Made by a program: the position numbers and the translations under genes | NCBI GenBank assembly: GCA_973895155.1 | Contig: OZ316892.1 | Span: forward strand, 22,421,168-22,485,167 | Source of the DNA: Marsupella aquatica | Taxonomy: Eukaryota; Plantae; Marchantiophyta | Direction: 5' to 3' | DNA: 64,000 nucleotides | The notes under the pieces: model-generated | Database searches by the model: none | What the model was told of the DNA's origin: nothing | Seen by the model: only the letters and a program-made list of their open reading frames with translations | Shown: in pieces, positions 12,225-22,945 of the stretch | Position numbering within the stretch: position 1 is the stretch's first letter | Layout of the letters: each line of letters begins with the position of its first letter

Positions 12225-13333
12225 TGTCGTGCGCATACATATCGCTACACAACATACATCGCTTGTCACATACATCCAGACATAGTCACACTGCCACATC
12301 ACAAACACAAGAGAATGGAATACAAGTGGAACTCATGTCCACACATGTCCAAAACCCACAATCGCCCCCCTAGCTGGGAGTAAGGTCCCCTAACTCTAGC
12401 TAGCCATGAGTTCTACAAGGTTGATATACACCTTTTTAGGTGTGAAGATCAGGAGGCCGGGTGCAAGTGAGCCCCATCGATCACCTACCTGCAATCCATA
12501 TCTGCCAAGAGAACACAAATGATACACTGGTACATATTTTGGGTTTTTCCGATGCTCTTCTTTTGGTCGGCAACACTTTCCGATATAGAGAAGATCGGTA
12601 CTCTCTGATTGTCCCCGCATCGGGGATTTACCATAAATTCTACATCGGACACATACTGTCCCATACTATTAGAATCGGAAATAGTTTCCCATGTAAAAAC
12701 TATCGGAGAATTTCCCATTCTACCTGCATCGGACAATGAGACTGCCGCGACGCAAGAGGCGTCCGATAAATAAAATATCGCATGTTGGTTCCGATGAACT
12801 TAGGGACGAAACATTTCCGATATTTTTGGAATCGGAAATGTGTTCCAACTTGTGTCCGAACCCATTACAAACGGACGTCATTTCCGATGTGATAAAGATG
12901 GAAAAGTTTCCCGATACCTGTAGTATGGCATATGTGTTCTGTTTCTTTTAATATCGGAAATATCGGTTTTCAGTAGAGCCGGGGTTTTTTGAGGGTTTTA
13001 TCATCTTCCTAGCTTCTAATTAAGGCATGTTGTGTTTCCGATAGGTTTTTGACTCCATTTCCATTTGAAGTATGTGGGAACTCAACTAGGGTCAACTTGA
13101 AATGAATTGGAAGCTTTCATTTCATATATATTAAAAGCACAAATATATAGCCACAGCTAGAGCCCAGAGATTTAAGTGGTATATATAAGTAAAGTAACAT
13201 GCAACAAAAAAATGGTAATGACAATGTAGATAACATATATATGCCAAAAAAATCAATACATGGAGGGAAGTGGTCATTAATTAGGTCTAGCTAGTGCTAG
13301 CTACCTAGCTTTTACCATGAAATTCCTAAGTAG

Positions 13334-16300
13334 CTAGTTGTTCTCATTTTCCAAATCTTCCACAACAACTACATTTGGCTGTCCTTGGACTATGGATCGG
13401 GATCGTGGAATGTAAGGCATTACAATGGACCACTCAGGATCATCTGGATAAGGGAGATAGAATGCCTGCTCAAGATTATGAGGAAATGCAAAAGGATCTG
13501 AGGCCCTCCAATTTGAGCTGATGACAGCCCCTGTCTTCAGTGGTGTGAAGCCGCAAGCATCCTCTTCACATGTTCGATTGTGGCCAACAAGATTCATCCG
13601 AAACCATTTGCACTTCAGCACCACCTCTTCCAATGTTGTATGCGCATGGTATTTTACAACAAGGATCTCCTCTATCTTTCCATAGTGAGCTATAGTAGAA
13701 CGGATGGGATTTGTGTCAGATCTGCTACTTACAGAATCCTGGGTGAACCAACCCATCACCCCACAATCTTGTGTAGCTGCCCTCTTGTCATCAAGTCGTT
13801 CCACACGAAAGTGTCTCCCCTTGGACCACATGGCAGTCCTGGTTGTAACTGTAAGTAGAGGTCCATGAACCAAGGTGCGCAACTTATCAGTCACCATTGG
13901 GAAGTGTGATACACTCTCCCCAACAGCCACCAAGGCATCCACTTCTAACAACTTCCCCTTCATGTACATGTGGAATTTGGGAAATAAGCGTGGTCGTCGA
14001 CTATTGTGCTTATCCTCCTCATAAAATGTGGTCCACTCCCCAACAATCTCTGGAGAGTTATACAACATGAATGCAGTGAGTTTAGTGCGCTCACTAGGGT
14101 CAAGAAGCCGTTCTCCCTTTGCACCTGTCAAACGGTCATCCTCATAGTCTGCTTCTCTTGATGCCTCATCTATCCACCCGCTTGGAGCATTTGAATCAAG
14201 TGTAGCAATAATGTTTGTACAATAAAACATGCTCTCTGCTCCAAGATGACGCTCTGCAATGCTACCTTCCACCCTTGCGCGATTTGAAACATAGGACTTC
14301 ATCACTCCCATGTACCGCTCTACCCAGTACATCCAACGACAATGTACAGGGCCTGCAATACCAACCTCACGCACTAGATGTAGTAGAAAATGAAGCTGAC
14401 CATCAAAAAATGAAGGAGGAAGGGCCCTTTCAAGTTTGCACACAACCTCCACTCCAAACACCTCCATTGCTGCAACCTCATCCTCGTTCACCTCCTTTTG
14501 ACACACCCATCTCAACAACGTACCCAACGACCAAAGGGCATCACGAAGATCCTCACTACCCAATCCAATAATAGCAATTGGAATAACATGTTGCAATAAG
14601 TGATGATAATCATGGGTCTTCAAGAAAGCTGGCCATTTTGGAGAGTCAAGTCCACCAAATGCCTTGCGAAGATTGGCACCATACCCTGTAGGAAATCGCA
14701 TAGACCCTATGCGTTTGCGAAACTCGGTCCGCTCACCTCGTGTCAAAACCCAAGGAGGATGAATAGTAAGGGGGGCATTATCGGGATCCATAGATGGCCA
14801 AAAACCATGAGGGCCATGCATCCCCATCTCTTCACAACTCTCTCTCCAGTTGTTGTCTTTCTCTCCATATAGGTGGCGAATCAAGGACCTCCCAACATTT
14901 CCCTCAATGTGCATAGGGTCAAATAAATGGTTAAGTGGCATCTCAGCCCAATAAGGCAGTTGTGACAATGCAGACAAACAAGTCATGCCACACCGGGCAT
15001 ATTGCAATGGGTCATCTGGATTAGATACTCTCTCCCATACCTCTTTCCAATATGTAGGATCTTTTGGAATAGGTTGTGGTCGTCTGTCTGGTTGGCCATC
15101 CTCAGTGTCATATAAAAAGGGGTCTCTCCTCCAATCATGGTCTGGAGGGAGGTACTTGGTGTGACCAATATACACTATCTTCCTCAAGGTCTTTGACTTT
15201 GGCCGCGCTATTCCTTCCAAATCAGGTCCACAAGTTGGGCAAGCTCGATATCCTGATGTGGTCAGGCCAGAAATATATCCAAACCCTGCATATAAATATA
15301 TATCCCATGCATAAGTAAATAAGTTTATTAAAAGATATATGTGCTTCTAGCTAACTCAATACATAACAAAGTATGCTAGGTACGGTTGCCTAGCTATGGG
15401 AAGGGATAATTTAACAAAGATTCATACCTAGAAGATCATGTATGGTCCACATAAGAATGGCCTTCAACTTAAATTCTTGACGTAAGTCCCCCGTTTGCAC
15501 TCGACCATCATAGCAATCCACACCACTCCAAAGCTTTTGTAGCTCCTCAATCAATGGTTGCAAGTACACATCAATTTTTTTTACTTGCTTAGGACCAGGG
15601 ATAATCATGGAAAGGAGCAAATGACCCTTCTTCATGGACATCCATGGAAAGATGTTGTAATTAGTAAGGACCACTGGCCATAGTGAATATGGTTGGGCCT
15701 TACCTGCTAGTGCAAATGGGCTGATGCCATCCGCTGCCAATCCTAGGCGAACATGACGTGGGTCAGTTCAGAACTCACCCCATCTCTCCTCCACAAACTT
15801 GTTTGCAGGGGAGTCAACCATCATGCGCATGGTGGGTGGTTTTGAACTCATATCTGAGCAATTTTGGGAATGCCAAACCATATACTCAGCCAACTCAGCA
15901 CATCTATATTGGTGGCGCAAACGAGGTATAAGAGGAAAGTACCTCATGACCTTCTGAGGAACTTTTCCCGTCAACATGTCCTCACGATACCTAGGCTTCT
16001 CACATGTAGGACATGACGTTGCATCTTTATAAGTGCCTCTAAACAGAATGCAATCATTCACGCAAGCATGTATGACTTCGTACTGCAGACCTATGGACTT
16101 CAACACCTTCTTTGCCTCTTTCCAAGAGTCTGGCAAGTTGTTTCCTTCTGGCAAGATACAATCATGCAATGTCCAAAAGAGATCATCAAGAAGTAGGTTG
16201 CTTGCTCCATGTCTTTGCTGCAAGTTCAACAACAACATTATTGTTGAAAGACGAGACAAGCGTGATCCATCAAATATCCGAGTTTGCGCATGTTGACGTG

Positions 16301-18013
16301 CTTCCTCCCACTGTTTGGAGGCTGAACTCCTTGAACCTTCTTGATGTGGAAGTGGGACCTCAATGTTCTCCCCATCAGCCATGTCATGATCACCATCCTC
16401 TATGTCATAGAATTGGTGCATCAAGTCATCCATGGCCCTATCTTCATCAACTCTTGATTGGGAGGCATCTGGTTCCTGCTCTGGAACATCCGGATCGCCA
16501 TCTGGTGGTAGAGAGGCATGTCGCCAATCTTCCATGGCCTGCACAAGGTGTTGGCGCATAGCTCGTGGTAACACTCCAACATCCGGCTCAACATATGCAT
16601 TCTATCATACAACGCACAAAACAGATATATACGTTTGAGTTAGCCCATGGGTTCCTAAAAAAACTACAATATTCTTATATTACTTCAAAAATGGGGAATA
16701 CACATATGTGCTAAGTGTGGCCAGATCAAATGCCCATCGTGGGTGCGTTCCATTCATAGTCACAAAACAACTCATCACCCGCCCTAATGGTCCGTATGGC
16801 TACTGTCATAACATGATCATCCATATGTGTGACATAGTAAGGCGGAGTGGGTGGGCCAAAAATCTGAGCCCACTCTACATTAGGCTGGAGCCCACTCCCT
16901 CTACCATGTGTACTATTGATGTACCCAGCTATGTTATCTGAATGGACAGGGTCCCCATCAATCATCCTACAATGCCAAGGCCTCCTTAGGACCTCATCTG
17001 GGTCTGAGTCCATCTGCAATGCATATACCCCCCAAGCTGGATGTTGGCGCAAGAGGATGTTCCAACTCTTGGATGTATACACAGGCCCAATGTAAGGGAA
17101 AAGGTGTTCCCCATCATAGCCACGACGCCAAGGCTTTGGAGGGACCTCAATGTCCTCCAAAGCAAATAAGCCTAACCCAACCTCCCCGCCAAGGGTCGAT
17201 GCCTTCACTATCCATTGCCGACCCCATATATGTACAGGGATGTCAATGGCTAGGCCACGAGGAATCGCAAAACTCTCAGGGTCAAAATCCTTGAAGACAC
17301 TGATTGCCTTTCCCGTCACATATGACAAGCCCAACCTCCCTTCAACTTCTATGTACTCCTCCCCTGGTGGAGGCATAACACTCCTTCTAAAGTGCTCATG
17401 GGATGGGTCTGTGTCTAGAACTACATGCTGTTGTCGACGTCTATGAGAACGTGGTCTTGTGCGTAGAACCCTAGTAGGGGGCAGTGCATCATCCCTACCA
17501 TGCCCCAACTCTACCACTATGGGTTCATGAACAACATCTGCCTGAACATGTGCGGGGTACATGATTGCTCGGGGTCTTCAACTGATGATGCAAGCAACTG
17601 TCTAGCACCAGCTAAGAATGCATCATGCCATAGTTGACTAGAGACCAATGGAGGACGGGCCCTACAACGCACCTATTCAATCATAAACAAACAAAAATTA
17701 ATACTTGTCTCCTAAAAGGTCTCAAACCAGCCAACTATTATGATAGTGTATCATATATAGCGGAGTTCATGTCAAGCAATACCTGGCGAGCTGAATATCC
17801 CGGTAAATCACCCTCATGTCGACCATAGTTTTCGATGTGTTCAATGGACTGCCACGCTTGACGAACCACCAGTCCTTTACATCTAAGACACCAGCATGGA
17901 ATAGGGCCTAATGGAGGGGGTGCTCGAGGCTGTTGAGGGGGAGGAGGAATGTCCCCCTCAGAGGAAGACAAGTCAGAGTCGGAATCTGTATCCAAACTCT
18001 CAGAAGTCGACAT
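13334..18013 (-). CDS. CACTA transposase (TnpD/Tnp2-like). Predicted exons 18013-17783, 16601-15428 and 15285-13334; one in-frame TGA at 15768-15770
   Basis: Exon 1 IPCWCLRCK...H (transposase-associated Zn motif); IHACVNDCILF...CPTC; PRHVRLGLAADG...YSLWPVVL; TIHDLLG/FGYISG across a GT-AG intron; DPMHIEGNV; DUF4218-like HFLLHL...GPVHCRWMYWVER; DUF4216-like YGKIEEI...CKWF. Confidence 0.9.
16726..17562 (-). CDS. SET-domain (lysine methyltransferase-like) ORF inside intron 1 of the CACTA transposase; SET core ~17212-16757
   Basis: SET motifs in canonical order: VKASTLGGEVGLGLFALEDI (GxG), PYIGPV (YxG), NIAGYINS (RFINH-like), PNV, AIRTIRAGDELFCDY (ELxxDY); uninterrupted 278-aa ORF. Confidence 0.85.
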   Translation of the reverse strand: MYPAHVQADVVHEPIVVELGHGRDDALPPTRVLRTRPRSHRRRQQHVVLDTDPSHEHFRRSVMPPPGEEYIEVEGRLGLSYVTGKAISVFKDFDPESFAIPRGLAIDIPVHIWGRQWIVKASTLGGEVGLGLFALEDIEVPPKPWRRGYDGEHLFPYIGPVYTSKSWNILLRQHPAWGVYALQMDSDPDEVLRRPWHCRMIDGDPVHSDNIAGYINSTHGRGSGLQPNVEWAQIFGPPTPPYYVTHMDDHVMTVAIRTIRAGDELFCDYEWNAPTMGI

Positions 18014-19078
18014 TGTCTGCCAATTACACACAAACAAGTCTTTACCAAAATGCAAGATTGATTCATCACCCTAACTTGAGGTAAACCCAAACAGGAAATA
18101 TATAGTATGTTAATAATTTGCAGTGTTGGACTTAATTAGTACCTGAATGATATCCGCGCTCTACAGTGCCTACTAGGCTCTAAGCCTTAGACTATATGCT
18201 AAGGCCAATCCAAAAAAACCTGCACATACAGGCTAGGTGGGGAAGTTGAAAGATGAGATGACATACATGCAAACCTAAGTAACAAACCAATAATTAATGA
18301 AATTAATAAAAATCAATGACGAGTTGGATGTCCAATTATAAACTCCCACAAGTAACGCATATATCATGTCAAATATTTCCAATACATTTTGGAGGATCAT
18401 ATATGTCATACCTTTTGGATGCGCGTACTCTCGCTGTGCATAATGCATTGGCAAAAATAAACCCTACTAAGAAAACCAAGGAAAAGCAACGACCCGACCC
18501 TCCAAAAACAAAAAATACAAAACTGCACAAAACGGCACTAGAGTGTTAATTTAATTTGTGACTTCTTATAGTCCCCAAAAGTTGCACCATGCATATAGCA
18601 TTGCCTCATGGTCAAAATGGGAATCATTTAAAATCAAACTGAAAATAGATCTGTGTACATACATTCAATGATCATCCATACCCACCAAAAAATAGTGTGC
18701 TAGCTTTGTCACGGCAACTGTACGTTGATATGCCCGTTTTGCGCCGCACACCTAATAAGCCCACAATATAGCATAATTAACCCCCAACTAACATAAAGGG
18801 GGTCATTATAGTATACATGGGATCCAAATGCCAAAGTCCAAATGCCAAGGTCATGCGATTCACAAACCATCAGAAAATACATTGGGAGGGTTAAGTCCGA
18901 TACTTTGGAGGAGGGGTCCGATACTAAGTCCGATTGACCTAGAATCGGAGTTTCCGATGCAGAAAGTATCGGACGTTATGCATTTTGGGTTTTTAGGTCA
19001 CCCGACTAAAGTGCGAAGGCACTCTAGTCGGAAAAAGCATCGGGAGCATTTCACGATACCTTTGCGGAGCTCATAGCG

Positions 19079-21995
19079 ATGGAAGGGAATGCGGGAGGGA
19101 TGGGAGATGGTGCCGGGCCATCAAGCAGCTATGGTGAAGTCATGGCTCAATTGTTTAGGGAGAAGGTGAGGCTCTCGCCGGAGGTTGCATTGCAGGTAGC
19201 CCAGCTCACTCAAGGACTGATCGACAGCTCCCAGAAGTTAGCCATCACTGATGCAGAAAAAGCTTTCCAAGCCAGACTCGAGGAGGAGAGATTGCAGAGG
19301 AAGAGGAAACGTAACACTAGGGAGGACGAGAGAGAGAGGCCAATGGAAGCCCTATCACCAAGACAAAAGGAGAAGAGCCTAAGGAGGGAGGCTCGGGCTG
19401 CAGAACGACAGAGAATTCAGGAGGAACGAAAGAAGGCAGAGGATAGGGCCAACCAAAATTGTTTCTGAATGAGGGAGGTGCTCCACTCTCCAGGAGTTAT
19501 CGTTTGTTTGGGAGTCAAGTTAGGCAGATTGTGAGGTCTCATTTTGGCCCGATGGACTACTGGGGGAAGAAGAAGCAGGATGAGAGATTTCGAATTCGAG
19601 AGCAAATCAAAGAGAGATTTTTGAATGGGTCGTTTGTGGACGATCGATTCTTAAACAAAAAGATCTCAGTCTCACTTGCAGACATGCAAAATCATGTACG
19701 AGAGAAGATGCAAAAGTACCTGGCTGAATGCAAACTGGATGAGGAGGTGATCAGGAAAGGGGGAAGCCCAGCTGGTGAGATTCCTGAGAATGCTTGGTGT
19801 GCCTGGCTTGAAGAAGAGTTGCAGGTTCGAGCTTGGCAAGCCACACAACGCTGGGAAGCTGAAATTCAAGCAGCTCAGAAGAAGATTGAACAAGGAGAGA
19901 TGGTGAATACTGCACCCATGCATCAAGAACTTGAAGAATGGTCAGCAAAATCAGCCCTGCTTGGAGACCCACCATCCTGGCTAATGAAAGCTCTGTTGAG
20001 AGTAACAAAGAGGCCAAAGGTTACTCACAGAATGGGGCAAGGCGGATCACAGCGTCTCAAGGCCGATTTTGTAAGTGCTCCATTCCCCTCCTCTCCATGC
20101 ATTCCTTCAGCAGCATTCCTCCTCCCTAATCACCTGAGGCCAATTGACGAATGCCTAACCCTTCCAAACCCGGGACAGGTCTTTGTATGCCTGTAGGTCG
20201 CTCGATCATGCCTTAGTTTTTTTTGCTTTCGGCATGTAAGGTCCGATTCTAGTCCGATCCTCTAAGTATCGGATGCAGCATCGGACAATAAAAAAGAATC
20301 GGAACTGTCGAGGGTACCGATTCTATTAGTATCGGACATATTCAAATTTTTGAATAGTTTGTGCATGAACAGCTAAGTGTTCTTATGGGTCTTTGACGGT
20401 GAAGGTTTTATATAGGTGTTTAATTAGGCCAGGGTAGGGTTGCTATAATTGACCTTAGTATTGGGGGTGGCATATGGTTTGGGTGTGTAGGAGAAAGAGC
20501 ACGGACGACCATTGTTGCCGGCAGAGAGAGAGCTGGCAAAGGAGCATGGTGCTCGGGCGCTAAAGATTCACATGGACGACATGTTGGCCTCGGTAAGTGC
20601 GGATATTAGAATGATTTGAAAGATGGCTTCATGCTGGTACGTATATTGCGGAATGACATATGGATTGGAGATTGTTACTATGTGCAGGATGAGTCAGGGG
20701 GTGAGGAGGACTTGGAGAGTGAGGAGGATGGTGAGGGGGAGGAGGATGAGGAGGATGCGGAGGATGATAGTGCTTTAGAGGGGAGTGTGGCCGAGGCTCC
20801 AGTACGAGGTTCTACTGGTGCACGTGGCCGGTCAGGACCCCGAGAGAGTGGACGTCACCAGTCTGGTCGGGGTGTAGGTGGCTCCACTCGCCGGATGGAG
20901 CATAGAGCAGGTGATATGCCTCCTTCTCGTTAGAGATTAGCCGGTAGGAGTGGACGGAGTGAGTCCTGGGTTCCAGCCACAGTAGGTCACAACCGAGGGG
21001 TTCGTAGTGAGTCTGGAGTTCTAGCCACAGCAGGTGGTCGAGTGAGGACTGGCCCTGGTGTTGTACCAGGTGGGTCTCGACAACGGGCTGGTGTTCATAC
21101 TGGTCATGTCGTTGGCCAGTCAGGAGGTTCCGGCCGTAGTGGTGGAGGTGAGTCTCGCCCTGAGGGGGGTAGTGGTGGAGTTGTTGCACCTCGTCAGTTT
21201 AGGGCTGGCCCTGGTAGTGTACCAGCTGGTTCACGACAGTCCGGGGGAGGCCTTGGTGGTCATGTGCCCACACCATCTCCTGTTCATAGTGGTGGTGTAG
21301 GCATCCAGTCTGGAGGTTCCGGCCGTAGTGGTGGAGGTGAGTCTCATCCTGAGGGGGGTAGTGGTGGAGTTGCTGCACCTCGTCAGTTTAGGGCTGGCCC
21401 TGGTAGTGTACCAGCTGGTTCGCGACAGTCCGGGGGAGGCCTTGGTGGTCATGTGCCGACACCATCTCCTGTTCATAGTGGTGGTGTAGGCATCCAGTCT
21501 GGAGGTTCCGGCCATAGTGGTGGAGGTGAGTCTCGCCCTAAGGGGGGTAGTGGTGGAGTTGCTGCACCTCATCAGTTTAGGGCTAGCCCTGGTAGTGTAC
21601 CAGCTGGTTTGCAACAATCCGGGGGGGGCCTTGGTGGTCATGTGCCCACACCATATCCTATTCATAGTGGTGGTGTAGGCACCCAGTCGGGAGGTTCCCG
21701 TCATAGTGGTGGAGGTGAGACTCAGCCTGAGGGGGGTAGTGGTGGTGGTGCTGGAGGGGCTTCTTTCCACACTTGTGTCGGGGAAGGAGTGCCTTCCCAT
21801 GGTTCAGGCGCATCTGGAGGTGGGGGAGTACCAGAGATTGCTTCTGCACCTCATCCACATGACGATGGAGGCAGATCAGGTAGCCACGACCATGATGTGC
21901 TACCTGGTGTGTCAGCGGTAGAGACTCATAGAGCAGAGCAGCCTAGTCGTTCCCGTGTGAAGAAGAGGAAGACGCGACATAGCTTGTATGGATAG
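19079..21995 (+). CDS. TnpA/Ptta-like second CACTA gene, divergent from the transposase. Exons 19079-20070 (frameshift at ~19450), 20491-20592 and 20688-21995 (one in-frame TAG at 20931-20933)
   Basis: Phase-0 GT-AG junctions (TTT|GTAAGT, TAG|GAG, TCG|GTAAGT, CAG|GAT); W..W and THRMGQGG motifs reminiscent of the Ptta/En/Spm family; acidic tract; C-terminal NLS-like RVKKRKTR. Confidence 0.65.
21100..21750 (+). repeat. 189-bp (63-aa) Gly/Ser-rich coding tandem repeat, ~3.4 copies
   Basis: GGGCTRGCCCTGGTAGTGTACCAGC at 21202, 21391 and 21580. Confidence 0.9.
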
Positions 21996-22804
21996 TGGAC
22001 TAGGTAGACATGTATAGATCTAGTACCAGGCTAGCGAGGTGGATAGTTGGAGGGCATTATGTCCATTTGATATGCCCAGCCTTTAGCATAGCTGGCACTA
22101 TGCATGGAGATGTTCTCCATTTTTTGTACTTTTGCCCTCGATATTTCATTTTTGTATATAAGATATAGTTATGCCGTGTCATGCCCGGGTTTCAAGGTAC
22201 ATAGTGTGCAATCAAAATTGATAGTCTCTCTTGACTAAATGACCTCTCTAAACCCTAGATAAAAACTCAGTTAAAGAATTAAATTGCACCCCAATTAAAC
22301 CCCCAATTAGCCCCCCATTTAAAATAGGCCCAATCAAGCTCGCCAAATAGTTTCCGGGTAGATACCGATCCATATCCGATGCCACAATCATCGTACTTTT
22401 CCATCCCAAACGTATCGCAAAGTCCGATTCTACTATAATCACAATTTCCGTTCCAAATAACATCGGACATTTCTGATGTTAAACCAATCGGTCATTTCCA
22501 TGTCCAGAATATCGGTCTAGAATCGGACGCCTCCACTAACAGAAAATGCGTGAAACAGACATCCGATTACGCGGGCATCGGACATAGTGTTTCCCGACAG
22601 TTTAGGCGACGGAACTCCCGAATGTTTTGGTATCGGTAGTTCCAATTAGTTTCCGATTGTCGTTTTCCGATAAAATGTATATCGGAAATTGCGATTCTTT
22701 TGGTATCGGACAGGTGAGATTTCCACGTCGGATTTCCTGAAGGTGTCCGATCTAAATACAATCGGTAAAATGCCTCAAAATGTACTAGTGATAACTAGTC
22801 GGCT

Positions 22805-22945
22805 TCACCGACACTGAGGACACAACCATGATCCACTAGGAATCACCTGCAATGGTGGTGTCAAACATGACATGTGCCATCCTCTAGAACACTTATCACA
22901 AATCAACATAGTAGCTGCTCCCTGAGCAGATCCACACAACATACA
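22805..22945 (-). other. PHD finger (C4HC3) at the integrase C-terminus; not in the ORF track
   Basis: Reading through the TGA at 23009-23011 in frame gives HLPNIDGTVDPSLAHVRASLK-CMLCGSAQGAATMLICDKCSRGWHMSCLTPPLQVIPSGSWLCPQCR-stop. Confidence 0.92.

Larger units (their letters stand above)
12525..22790. mobile_element. Autonomous-type CACTA transposon (10,266 bp) nested in the 3' region of the Gypsy element
   Basis: Left end CACTGGTACATATTT, right end AAAATGTACTAGTG; 3-bp TSD ATA (12522-12524, 22791-22793); TCCGA/TCGGA subterminal repeats at ~12540-13045 and ~22350-22770; encodes TnpD-like and TnpA-like genes. Confidence 0.95.
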
